64,000 nucleotides of DNA from Amoebidium appalachense (lineage: Eukaryota; Protista; Ichthyosporea), in assembly GCA_963693365.1 (NCBI GenBank), contig CAVNZM010000004.1, positions 13,597,928-13,661,927 on the forward strand, written 5' to 3'. The position numbers and the translations under genes were made by a program. The notes beneath the pieces were generated by a model, which saw only the letters and a program-made list of their open reading frames with translations, made no database searches and was not told where the DNA came from. This document shows positions 50,918 to 64,000 of the stretch, piece by piece (positions within the stretch are counted from its first letter, which is position 1; every line of letters starts with the position of its first letter).

Positions 50918-51975
50918 ATGGTTTTTACACTAGCCCTGTGTGCCCTTGCGGCTGTGGCTGCTGCCACGCCCCTCACGCTGCAGCAGCCCCAGCAGCAGCG
51001 TATGCAGCCGCCCATATCGGACTTCGCCAACGACAGAGACCCCTCGGTGCCTCCAGGCATATGTGACAAGGTTCACTCGCTGGCCGGCGTAAGTGCCCCT
51101 TGCAGGCTACACACTTCATTGCCACGGTTTCAAACTCACAAGGCTTTAATCACATGCCACACAATGTCTGTGCATGCAAGCACGCCCTTCTATGAACACG
51201 GATGAGTTCGATAGGGTACAAGTTTAAGGCACGAGCTGCTTTGAGGGTCCAGAGCATGTGTACAACTAGTCACTGTTGCTGACCTACACACTGGCACACA
51301 GTATCACCAGATTGCCCACAGCAAAAAGTACTTCTACTGGATCTTTGAGAGCCGTGGGGACTACACCAAGGACCCCGTGGTGCTTTGGATGACGGGTGGC
51401 CCTGGCTGCTCTTCAGAGATTGTAAGTGGGCACAGGTCTGCCGTGCAGTGTGTGTGCGTGTGTGTGGGTGTGTGTGTGTGGGTGTGCGTGCACGGAGGGG
51501 GGCCGGGCATCAGAGAGGGCTCTATCTAGTACTGAAGTTGTGCCGTGACATGAACTAGAGATTCGTTATATCTTGTGTTTCCAAGATCGTAGTCCTAGGC
51601 AGAAGGCAATGCTGGTGCAAGTGAACGTACGTAAGGCAGTTGCACGTTGCTTCATTTTCGTTACCGGCAGGTAGCTGATGAGGCCTGGTAGCCAGGGCCG
51701 AAGCTGCTGCACTTGTTGTTTGTTAGTGTCCACCCCTTCTGTATCTCCCCCCCCTCCCCCCCCCCCCCACCCACCCCCCTCCGTCGTTCCTTCCCCCCAC
51801 CCGCTGCTTGCTCAAGCCATGTATTGGCCCTGCACCCCTAGATCTTATTCTTCATATCTTTGTCTTCCCCACCAACACCGCCTCCCCCCTACAGTGTACC
51901 AAGTCCTGATTCCCCACCACACGCACACACGCGCATGCACACACACACACAAACACGCACACCCACATGCATGCG

Positions 51976-52043
<68 letters not shown>

Positions 52044-52379
52044 CGCTGTTCTACGAGAATGGTGCCTGCATCATCAACGAGGACCGCAAGACCACCCGGC
52101 CCAACCCCTTTAGCTGGAACAGCAAGGCCTCCATCATCTACATCGACCAGCCGGCCGGTGTGGGTACGTATTATGCATGCCCCCCATTCACCATTCCTTT
52201 ATTGCTTTACCCTCTCATGTACTTCAAGTAAAATCTTTCTATAATCTGTTTCTTTGGAATTCTTCCTTTGAAGTGCTGTTCAGTGTATATTCTGCCTTGC
52301 AGTTTTTTGATCATGGACTAACCCCATCCCCCCTGCCAACCCCCCCCCCCCCCCCCCCCCCGTCCTTACATCTTGGGGA

Positions 52380-52410
<31 letters not shown>

Positions 52411-52433
52411 GGGCACACATTCTCCTCTATCCC

Positions 52434-52482
<49 letters not shown>

Positions 52483-53160
52483 TCCCCCTTCTCCTTCATC
52501 CCTTCTGTGTGTGCAGGATTCTCGACGGGTGTGGCCAATGCCACCAACGAGAATGACGTGGCCAACCAGATGTACGACTTCCTGACCCGCTTCTTCACTG
52601 CCAACCCCACCATCCAGAACAACGGCTTCTGGGTCTTTGGTGAATCGTAAGCAAACCCCCCCCCCCCCCCCCCCTCCCCCCCCCCCCCTCACGCACCCAC
52701 CCATCCCCTCCCCCCTCCCCCCCCCAACCCTACCCCTCGAGCACTTTTGCCCCTTGCTCTCATCTCTGGAGACAAACACAATGCGGCGGCATACACCCAG
52801 ACCCTTGCTCGGGTTACTCTTCACGGAGTCAACCACACACACACACACACACACGTGCACGGGCACACACACACACATACACACACATACACACAAATCT
52901 CCATCACCTCCAGTTACGTTCAGGTATTCATAGAGAGGCAGGGATAGACTCTGTGTGTGAGGACATTACACCGTCCTCAAACCAGTAGAGGTTGATATCC
53001 GCATGATAGCACCCTAGATACCGGCTGTTCTGCTCATATGCACCATCGGGGTTAGGAGGACTAGGCCTATCCATATCACAGTTGCAGTCGATTTTGTACT
53101 AAGACGTGCCTCAACAAACACATGCCCGCTTGCACATACACACACACACACCTGCACCCG

Positions 53161-53223
<63 letters not shown>

Positions 53224-53744
53224 ACGGTGGACACTACGTGCCTGCCGTGGCAGCCAAGATCCTCCGTGAGAACCTCAAGAATCCGGCCTTGCAGATCAAC
53301 CTGCAGGGCATTGGCGTGGGCAACGGCCTGACTGTATGCCTCCCACCCCCACATTACACACACACACACACACACACACATCACACACACATCACAATCC
53401 CTGTCCCAACCATTCAACCAGCAGCTCACTTTCAACCCCATACACGTGCCTGCCAGTCCAGAGGCATATCCGTTAATTGCCCGCTTTTGTAACATAGCGA
53501 ACACACTATGGATGATAATGGGAGTGTATGCCCGTACATGGACGCGGGATACCTCTGTTTGTCCGGATGCTGCTGTGACGACCAAACTGTACTCGAATCT
53601 AAATCTCGAATCTAAATGCAAAACCTCTTTGCAGCTGTTTCTTGTCTGAAGCCGTGGGGGGAGGGGGGAGAGGGGGGGAGAGGGGGGGCAGAAGAGGGAT
53701 GGAGGGAGGGAGAGAGAGACAGACAGACATACAGACAAACAGAC

Positions 53745-53787
<43 letters not shown>

Positions 53788-55101
53788 ATTCGAGGGCGGA
53801 CGGGGGAGAGGCCGGGGGGGGGGGGGGGGGGGGGGAGGGGGGGGGGATGTCGTAAACAGCATATGCAATGGTTTTGGAGTCATTTTCGGTTATCTTGCAA
53901 TGTTATGCTGGCTGCTGTGTGGTGCCCTCTGTGCTGACACCATGCACCCGTCCACAGGAGCCACTGGTCCAGTACGGCTACGTAAGTGCCCCCCCCCCCC
54001 CCCTCCCCAGCGTCCGCCCAACACCACCACTACTAGCACCACCACCATTCGTTTCTTGTTTTTTTTTTTTGAAATGCGGAAGTTCGAAAGTTGGTTTTAT
54101 TTTCTGTCCCTCTCTTTGTCTTTAGTTGAATCTATATGTTCTTAGGCATTGGCAGGTGGTTTGAGGGACTCTACTGTTGCCTCAAACTGTATGCTGGTGG
54201 GTTGAATCTCTATGTGCTTGGGTCACCGCTTGCTTTCACCAGCGTGACTGTGTACACTTATGCACGAGGATTGTCCCTATCTCGGGTTGGATGGGAGTTG
54301 GAGGGGAGGGGGAGAAGAGAGAGAGGGGAGATTCGGCTGAGGGGGGGAGGGGGGTGTCTGACCAATCATCTCATGGGAACTAGCGTGCACGTGAGTGTGT
54401 GTTTCAGTTCACAGTGTTGTGATGGCACTCATATCTCACACGTATTGGCGGTGCAGTACGGGGAGTACTCCATGCACAACCCCGTCAAGCCGCTGATCAG
54501 CAAGTTCACATACAACATGATGCAGGCCGCATGGCCACAGTGCAAGAGACTTATCCAGGCCTGTCAGGTGCGGTGCTTTTCATTTTTTAATCTTATGATG
54601 TGGATAGAGGATGCTGGGGCTTGGGGCTTTGAAGGAGATCATACAAAGCGCAGGTCTAGGGTCGGGTGGGGGGGGGGGGGGGGGGGGGGGTTTGGTTGGT
54701 CAAAATACCGCATGATTTCGTCACGCTGCTAAATCTGCATTCTCCGTATGCCCTCCTTTCAGGAGAATTGCGATGGCACACCAGCACACATGCACACGAA
54801 CATAAACTGTGTATGTGCACTATGAACACAAGTGTGTATATGCACTGTGCATATATCTACGAACATAACTGTGCATGTGCACTACGAACATAACTGTGTA
54901 TATGTACTCACACCACAGTCACACCTTAATGTGTTTACTCACACCACGCACGTGCAGGATGGTGACGATGCGTCATGCGAGAAGGGCCAGGGCTACTGCA
55001 ACATGGCGCTGATGTCGCCTGTGCTGTCCAAGGGCTACAACCAGTACGATGTGAGGGTCAAGTGCGAGCACCCCCCTCTGTGCTACGACATGTCCGTACG
55101 T

Positions 55102-55137
<36 letters not shown>

Positions 55138-55942
55138 ACACACACACCCATCCATCCACCTACCCACTCACCGCCACCCCCCCGGGGCGCAACATATACA
55201 CAGTCAATTACTCATGCACACACACCGACACCTTCCCAACAGGTTTAAAATTTTTCCTTACCTGCTTGCTGATTGCAGTTCTATACACACGATCAATGAT
55301 GTCAAATGCTCTTTTGATGGTTGGGTTTTGGTTTGCAAATTACCCCTCTAGGCTTCCAAAATTCAATGCGCTAGTAGAATAAACATTGCTATTCTGAATC
55401 CACCGACGTTCGAACCAATCATCTGGCGCACCATCTTTCATCACCCCCCCCCCCAAAACACACACACACACACACACATACACACCTCCTTCCCCACCTG
55501 GAGATTAGCATGGCTATCCCCCAAGACCGCACCAATCACACTGACCAACCACACACCCACAGGACGTGGATGATTTCCTCAAGCAGCCTGAGATCCGCAA
55601 GGCCCTCGGTGTGGACCCCAGCGTCACTTGGCAGGCATGCAACATGGTTCGTTAGCCCCCCCCTCCCTCCCCCCCCCCTCTCCCTCAAAAAACAACAACA
55701 ACAATGATGGTGAATTGAAACGACATTTTGAAGGAGAGGTGGATTATGTTCGGATATGGCCAACCCAGGAGGCAATACGTACCCTTCATGCTATCGGCCA
55801 AACACGCATTCATATGCACACTATTAATCAGCTCTCGGTGCACTCTACTTGCATTTATAACCCAACGATTGGTCTTAGCGCTGTCGCCTGAGAAAGACCC
55901 ACACAGTGTATATTTGGGTCTGTGTGGCTTGGACGGTCGTAG

Positions 55943-55974
<32 letters not shown>

Positions 55975-57117
55975 TGGGGGGAGGGGCCCGCACGCACGCA
56001 CACACACACGCATACACCACCCCCCCGGCTTGTTGTTAAAGCTATTCGGCTTTCTGATGGGCATGGTATGAAGAGGAAGCACGGGTGTAGGGGGCTGGGT
56101 GGCACGAAGGGACAGGGGGGGAGGGGGGGGGGGGGGAGGGGGGGGGGGGGGGAGGAGGGGGGAGGGGACGTGTTTTTGCCAGTATGGGCTTTGACGGGAT
56201 ACAACCCCCGTCTCGGCGTCTAAAGGTGGGTGGTGTGGACAAGGTGCATGGGCCGTTTTGAAGGCCTAGGATGTGCGGGTGGGATGTATTCCACTCCCTG
56301 TATCCTTACCCCCCCGGTCCAATCAGGAGGTCAACCGGCACTTTGCCAAGGACTGGCTGCATAACTTTGACTTCGACATTGTCGAGCTGCTGGCCCACGG
56401 CAAGCACGTGCTGGTACGTGTGTGTGTGGGTGGGTGGGTGGGTGGGTGGGTGGGTGGGTGTAGTGCTTGGAGGAGTGGGAAGGGGGGATCCTTGTCATTT
56501 TTGTGTTGGAGTGCGTCTCTGTAGCTGTTTTGCGTCTCGTGTGCATGCGGCGGAGGTTTTTTTTTTTTTTAGGAAAAAAAAAAAGGTTGTGCGTGTGTGT
56601 GGGTTGGGGGGGGGGGGAGGGGGGGGATTAAGAGGGAAGGGGGACAAAAGGTCGGGATGTTGAGGCAATGGCTGATTGGGCGGTGATCACACCAGATCTA
56701 TGCCGGGGAGGACGACTATGTGTGCAACTACATGGGCAACAAGGCCTGGTGCGAGCAGATGGCCTGGCCCCACAAGGTGTGTAGAGTCCCATCCCCACAT
56801 GGCCACACACAACAAACCAATTGCACCTGTCTACCCCTAGGAACGTGAGTGGTTGGGGCTTTGGACACACTTGAAAGGAATAGTAAGAAGGCCACCACTG
56901 CATGGCACTCCACAACATTCCACTGCTTGCACATTTCACTGCTTGCACATTTCACTGCTTGCACGTCCAGAGATATCCTCTGACACGTGCACACGTGCAG
57001 GAGGAGTGGAACAAGGCACCGGACACCCCCTGGATCTACAAGGGCAAGCAGGCCGGCATTGTCAAGACACATGCCAACTTCACATTCCTGCAGGTCCACG
57101 AGGCCGGCCACATGGTA

Positions 57118-57148
<31 letters not shown>

Positions 57149-57152
57149 AAAA

Positions 57153-57185
<33 letters not shown>

Positions 57186-57571
57186 TCTCAACACCAACAC
57201 AAGCACAAACAAATGCCCTTGCGCGGTTGGAAATATGGAGGAGACAACAAAGAGCAACAACAAAGCGTCACAAAGGTGGGAAATCCAAAATCAAACAATT
57301 TAAGCATGCAGGCAGAAGACACTTGAACAGAGCCCATCATTAGGGGGTTCCTATGCCTCCACAAAAGCATGGGTTCGACCTCTTTAACCTCTATGCACTT
57401 TTTGTCCTTGTTACTCTTTTTCTTATTTTCATTTCCGTATTTCTTTTGGGCATTGGGCCCAACAGCCACATGCTCACTGTTCCTTCCTCCCAGGTGCCCA
57501 TGGACCAGCCCGAGGTGTCCCTGGCCATGCTCGACATCTTCCTCTATGGCGACAAGTTCACCCCCAAGTAG
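50918..57571 (+). CDS. Secreted serine carboxypeptidase (peptidase S10, carboxypeptidase Y-like), ~456 aa, 13 exons
   Basis: Exons 50918-51088, 51302-51421, 52043-52163, 52517-52646, 53222-53333, 53958-53981, 54457-54567, 54958-55095, 55563-55646, 56327-56413, 56696-56776, 57001-57114, 57494-57571; sum 1371 nt. Signal peptide; motifs [54 protein letters not shown]. Confidence 0.94.
57225..57391 (+). repeat. Dispersed ~150-165 bp repeat, copy 1 (last intron of the carboxypeptidase)
   Basis: ggttggaaatatggaggagacaacaaa...gcaggcagaagacacttgaaca...cctatgcctccacaaaagcatgggtt also occurs at 62305-62451. Confidence 0.85.
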
Positions 57572-59326
57572 CCCTGATGTAGGCCTGCAGTGTCTATGTA
57601 TAGGGGTTTGCAAGGGGGGTAAATCTGGTGCTTCTAGGTGATGTTGGGAACCATGTTTATAGGAAATCATGGGTAGGTGTGTAAACGACACCATTCAGGT
57701 CGAGACGGTGTAGAACTAGACACTGCCTTAGCATGCACAGCACCTTTTAATTTTATTTGCTGTATATAGCGCCTTAGTTCTAGTCTTGTTACTAAGTCAG
57801 CCCCAACTTGTATTCGAGCTAAAAGGGGTTTGGGTTGCGTAAGCAGGAGGTGCATAGCTGCTTTTTTGTGCATGTGTTGGCTGGATTTATATGGACCCGG
57901 GTTGGGTCTCAAGGGAACATATGACATTAAATAAAACGGAATACACGCTGAGATGTGTCTGCCCTCACCCATCTGGCCCGTCCACTCCAATCATCGATTC
58001 ACAACCCTCTGTTGCCGTCTCCTGTCAGGCTGTCTGCTCGTCGGTCCGAAGATATAACCATGCAAAAGACCCCCCCCCCCCCCCCCCCCCCCCCCCCCGA
58101 AACAGGGACTATATATTAGTCCACTGAATAACATGCATATGTCTCACACCCTGAGAATGATCTCTTCTCAACACTCTAATGTATGTGCAACGGCGCAGTG
58201 AAATGCACCTTCACTCTCTCTCTTGCAGTTGCACCCCCGCATTAAATTCTCCTTGCATGAAGGGGGGGGGGGAAGGGGAAAAACCCACCGCCCCACTTGA
58301 AGGTGTTCCCTCTCACCAGGAAGGCCCTCGGGATGATGGGGGACTGACCAGTGGGAGTCGATGTTTGCTACCCCCCCCCCCCCCCCCCCCCCCCCCCGCC
58401 CCCTGCTTTTGGATTCAAAGCCGTAGGCCGCTCACAGAATAGATGCGCACTGATGTGTGATGTACTGAAATGGCAAATTTAAAATTCAAGGGTCCTCATG
58501 TCTTGCGTAGTGGAGTGGTTTGGAAGCCACATCTACACTCGTTGGTTCTAACAGACAAGGGCCTTGTTCTTTCTTTGTTTTTTTGTTTTTTTAAATTTTC
58601 TCTTGTCTTCAGCAGGTGTGCCGGTAATGGCCTGCATGGGCTGACGTCGACGCTGGGCGCGGCCCAAACAATGAACCAATCAAAACTCGCATTTACGCAC
58701 CACATTTTGTCCCACAATCAAAATCCTGTGCATTCCGGCGGGGGTATATAACCACCAGGGTTCGCAATTAAACCGTGTATAATTGAGCCGAGAGAAGGTT
58801 AGCATCTCCCTCGATAAGGACGAGACAGTCTTCGGACTTATACACAACTTGGTTAAGGCTGGCCGCTTTGCGGCAACCGACCAGTTTTTTTTTCCCCGTC
58901 GTTTGCCGGTCACTCAGCTGTCAGTTGAACCTCACACAGGCTCGGCGCAACCGAGTTAAAAATTTGTCTTCGGCTGGGTATACAACCCTTTTGCTCCGGG
59001 GCTTGACGTTCCAGCACTTGAAAGTGTACTTGCAGGCATACATTCAACTGAGTTTGGTTTACACGGTCTATATTTGGGAAATCGAACGGGGGCACTGCCC
59101 CTCATGTGTGTGGATGGCCCAGTGTGTTTTCCAGCAGGGCCACACATCTAGACGTAATGCTTGACTTTACAAAACTTCGTGCATGTTCAGTGCCAGGTGG
59201 ATATGCCCCTCCGCGCTATCTGTTGCCATTTATGGTATATCTCCCGCCTGCGGGATCTCAAATTTTTAACTGGGTGGATGCCCGCAGTGCCACCACTATT
59301 TCACACACGACTGAAATTCAATTACA

Positions 59327-59371
<45 letters not shown>

Positions 59372-59751
59372 GCGCGTTCACACACCCACACCCACACCCA
59401 CACCCACACCCACACCCACACTGTTCACACGCACGCACGCACGCACACACGCATACGCACCCACACACGCACACACACACTGGCACACATACACACACTC
59501 ACACCACCACCAACATCGGAAAACCCTCCACCAACTCCACCAAAAAAAAAACAAATAAACCGAGCGTGCTCAACAAGTCTCGAAAACAAGAAAGCAACCC
59601 AACACCATTACATGCATATCAGCAGTGCAAATCTTCATGTGTAAATTGGGTGCTTTTTACGAGCAAAATGGGCACATGCCAAATCCCACAACTGGAGTTC
59701 CTTTACCCTCCCTACACCCTAGGACACACAGGAAGATCAACCCCACCACCA

Positions 59752-60465
59752 TTAGTACGATGGGCCCCCGTACGGCCCGTGCCCACTCTGAGGGGGTTGC
59801 TGCTGAAATGGGGGGTAATTTCCTTGCTGGGGCTGGAATCCGGGACCATTGGGCTGGAAATTGTTAGATCCGGGAGGCCCTTGTTGTTGGAAATTCGCTG
59901 GTCCGGGGGGTCCTTGTTGAAAGTTATTGAAGCCGGGTGCTGGCTGGCCGCCAAACATTTGTGGATTGTCCCATGGGCTGGACCCGGGCATGGGCCCATT
60001 GTTCATGGCTGGCGCAAACGGGCCTGACCCGAACCGTTGTGCCTGGCCCGACCCGGATGATTGCTGTGGTGGAGGCCCAGAAAATTGGGCCTGGGGGTTG
60101 TATTGATAGTTGTTGAACTGCCCTGGGGGACCCATGGATGATGGCCCGTAATTCTCTTGCTGCTGTGGAGGCTGCACACATGAAAACGTCAGAAAACGTA
60201 TGTTAATATCCGGCTTCTTGTTGTTGTTGCAAGCAGTCTTTTGGTTCAAGAGCCCTCAAGGGTCACAAACCTGGAAGGACATAAAAGGGACAGAATGGGG
60301 CCCACAGCGGTTGTGGTGCTGTTCGTGCATTTGTGGGCAGAGCTCGTGGAGGGGGGGGAGGGGGGGGAGGGGGGGGGGGGGGGGGAGAGGGGAAACGGAG
60401 GACAGAGGGGGGGGGGGGGGAAGAGGAGGGGGGGGGGGGGGAGGGAGGGAAGAGGGAGTGAGAGT

Positions 60466-60539
<74 letters not shown>

Positions 60540-61038
60540 CGCACGGGGGGCGACAATGGTTTTTCACAGTAAGAGGCACCAAGAATTAAGATGGAAAGAA
60601 CGGATCGAAAGACCCAGAACCCTACCCAACACATCAAAGGTTCAACCCTTTTTGGGGGGGAGGGGGGGGGGGGGGGGGGAGGGGGGGGGGGAAGGGGACA
60701 AAGTCATTCGCAACAACCAAATTTCAACCCACTCCCAGCTCAGCCAACTCAGAAAGACCGAGTTTCAACCCATTCATCTTGCGCAGCCTAACCGCTTTAT
60801 TTGAACTGGGCGGTAACACCCCTCATCAGCAGAATTAGGCATGGCTTCTTCAAAACAACCCCCCCCCCCCCTCCCCCTTCCCCCCCCAAACACACACACA
60901 CACACACACACATACACCGTCATGATAGTTTTTTTTTCTTTCTTTCTTTTTTTTTCTTTTTTTCCCCTTTCTTTCTCTCTTTCGTTCTTTGTTTCTTTTT
61001 TTTTTTTTTGGGGGGGGGGGGGGAGGAGGGGGAGGGAT

Positions 61039-61089
<51 letters not shown>

Positions 61090-61550
61090 ACCTGCTGCGG
61101 CCTGAAACTCTGATTCTGTTGGGAAGGACCCCATTGCTGTGCCGGCCCCCTCTCATACTTGCCCAGCCATGATCCCCCCTCCTCCCCACCCTGCGAGTCT
61201 CTGTCGTGATAGCCAAACCCTCCACCCCCTCTCCCTCTTCCTCGGTTGCCCCCGTCTCCTCTCCCCCTCCATCCACGTCCATCACCTCGTCCCCCGGGGG
61301 GGATTCTATCCCCGCCCATAGAACCCCCACCACGTCCACCCCTTGCCCTGTGTGCCACCATGCATGTCAGTCCTTGTCCATTCTCCCTCTCCTCTCCTCG
61401 AATTATAATCAAATACATTGGCAAGGCCACTCCTTTGGCCCTCTCCACACCAACCCATTTCCATCTACCAGCTTTTTCTTCACTCCTGCCCAAGCCTCAC
61501 CCAATCCCTCCTTCCTCTTGCCCCAGTTCTCAGCCACAGCTTCCATTATC

Positions 61551-61584
<34 letters not shown>

Positions 61585-61710
61585 AAAAAAAAAAATAAAA
61601 AAAAAATTACACACACACACATTCACATCTTCCTCTCCTCCAGGGAAACACACACACTCGCACACCCACCCCCCAGACTGACATGCTTATGCATGAAGCA
61701 TGCATGCATG

Positions 61711-61786
<76 letters not shown>

Positions 61787-61849
61787 GGCGTGTGTATGAA
61801 TGCATGCATGTGTGTGTATGTGTGTGCATATGTATGAATGTGTGTATTG

Positions 61850-61893
<44 letters not shown>

Positions 61894-62148
61894 CGCGCGT
61901 GCACGTGTGTGTACATATATGTGTACATAAAGCCACGATACACCCATACACACAGCCCTGACCCCTGAAACCATTGTGCTCTCTCTCTGTTTGCACGTCT
62001 GCATGTGAAGGCGAAATGTGACCGTGTCTTCACCTTTTCCCGTCCAGCCATCACAACAACAAAAGCAATCCAAAACCGAATACACGGGCATAGGTTAGGG
62101 CATGACCCCACAGAAGCCAGCCCCCCCCCCCCCCCCCCGGGGTGAGCG

Positions 62149-62188
<40 letters not shown>

Positions 62189-62648
62189 GGGGTGGGGGGG
62201 GCATTACTGTTTCTTGGCACGTTTGGCTGCTGCCTCTTGCTCATCGTCACTGAACTCCAATTCCTGATAATTGAAGGGGGGAGGGGAGGATGTATGTGTT
62301 AGAGGGTTGGAAATATGGAGGAGACAACAAAAGCAACAACAAAAATGTCACAAAAATGAGAAGTGTGCAGGCAGAAGACACTTGAACAAAGCCCATCATC
62401 AGGCGGGCTCCTATGCCTCCACAAAAGCATGGGTTTCAACTCTTTAATCTCCCGCGCGTGGTTCCCAACCCATACTTTGTTTCAACAGCAATAGGCGAGT
62501 CCGCCCGTCTTGGCCAAAGACGAGCAGGGTTGTTCAAGGAGCAGCAATCTAAGAACACAAGAGTCTACAAAATCTGCAAGCAGACGAAAAGAAAGAAAAC
62601 AAGCAGAGAAATGGAGCATAAGCCGGGTATCTACAAAGCCCCCCGACT

Positions 62649-62682
<34 letters not shown>

Positions 62683-63262
62683 CTAGAATGCGTTGGGGTT
62701 GTTAGATGCTAGTCAATACAGGCAATGGCTTTGCCTGTGCAACCCTGCACTGCTATGGATTACAGCACACAGCCATCACCCATAGTCTCTATTGTTCCTT
62801 TGCTTTGGTCGGTGGTTGCTTTGCAAAACAGGGCATCGTGTCTCCTCTGCCCAAAGACACTTATTTTTCAGGGTGTATGTACACCCGCGTATATGTCCAA
62901 GGGGAAAAAAGCCATAGAGAACACACAGCATGTCGTTACCATGATTCCTATCCTCCCTACTTGCAATGCAAAAATCAACCACCTGCTATTGGTGCTATAA
63001 ATCGGCCGGCATGTGTGTGTGTGTGCGCCTCTGACAGGGAGGGGGGGAAGGGGGGGCTTACATTTTCATTGACCTCCTCGTCATTCGTGCCTGACGCATC
63101 TGTCCCCCGATACTTCCTCAGCTCAGCAGGCATCACATAACCTGCCATATTGGGACAGTAGAAGACATCCCGACCAATGAAATCACCCGGTTGCTCCATG
63201 TGTATAGGCTGGGCACGGAGACTGTAAAAGGGTTTGCCCACCTGCCCAAGAACGTCGAACAC
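59752..63262 (-). CDS. NAF1: H/ACA RNP assembly factor NAF1, 3' portion; upstream exons lie beyond 63262 and probably outside the window
   Basis: Exons 63262-63062 ([16 protein letters not shown]...[14 protein letters not shown]), 62263-62208 ([10 protein letters not shown]), 61347-61092 (RGG-rich), 60171-59752 (P/Q/G-rich, TAA). Gar1/Naf1 domain plus the Naf1-typical DAS..DEE and EFSDDE.E motifs. Confidence 0.88.
62305..62451 (+). repeat. Dispersed repeat, copy 2 (NAF1 intron)
   Basis: Homologous to 57225-57391 with an internal indel of about 20 bp. Confidence 0.85.
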
Positions 63263-64000
63263 CTGCACGTGGTGTGTGTGTGTGTGTGTGTGTGTGTGCA
63301 GGTGTGTGCGTATGCACACGGTGAGCGTGTGTGTGTGTGTATGTGTGTGTGTGTGTGCGTGCGCGCACGCGAACACGTGTGCGTGCGTGCGTGTGAGTGT
63401 GTGAGTGTGGAGACATGGCCAGAGGTGACGAGTGAAGGTATCAGAGCACATGGAGTATATGCACATTGGAGAAGCATACATAGGAGGGTTGATGTGTGTG
63501 TGTGGGGTGGTGGTGGTGGTGGTGGTGGTGGTGGTGGTGTGTGTGTGTGTGTGTGTTTTAAGGGGGTGTAGGGCAGGTGGAACCACATGCCATGGTTTCA
63601 CGACCATCTGCATGCATTGAGCGGGGGGGAGGGCAAGCAGACATCTATCTCACAGCTTGATTAACGAGGTTAAAGGTGACGGTGTTGGCATGCATGTGTC
63701 GGCTCTGCTTTGCTTGTCCTTTGGACTAGGGCAAAGAAAAATGTGACGTGCCTGCCCTGCCATGCACTCAGCACGGATTAACTTTGCTTGTTTGGGAGCA
63801 GTAGGGGTAGTGCTGGTGAACAGAGAGAAGCAAAGAGGGGGCCCAGAGAGAGACAGGGAGCGGAGCAAGAGGGGGAAGGGGGGGGGGGGGGAGGGGGGGA
63901 GGCCGGCAGGGCAACGAGAAAAAATAGAGCGGATTTTATGGGGATGTTTTTGGGTATGTAGATGGAGGGGTGAGTGGGTGGGGGGGGGTGAGTGATTAGA

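Overview
Eukaryotic, intron-dense nuclear DNA. Introns are packed with poly-C/poly-G and (CA)/(TG) microsatellites, and exons are GC3-rich. Most ORFs in the supplied track are microsatellite artefacts. I assembled the genes by hand, joining GT-AG exons with consistent phase: (1) a Met/Gly/Asn-rich low-complexity protein (-), (2) an SPX-ankyrin-GDPD protein of the Gde1 type (+, 19 exons), (3) a bacterial-looking alpha/beta hydrolase (-, 7 exons), (4) an intronless division-1-type chitin synthase (+), (5) a DHHC palmitoyltransferase (-), (6) an S10 serine carboxypeptidase (+, 13 exons), (7) the 3' part of NAF1 (-). The gene content is compatible with a unicellular opisthokont such as an ichthyosporean (inference only). 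Non-genic features include a solo-LTR-like element apparently flanked by a 2-bp CG duplication inside CACGTG, several MITE-like elements, a two-state hairpin upstream of GDE1, splice signals built from or multiplied by repeats, and a polarised C-tract then A-tract motif. Coordinates were read by eye and may be off by a few bases.
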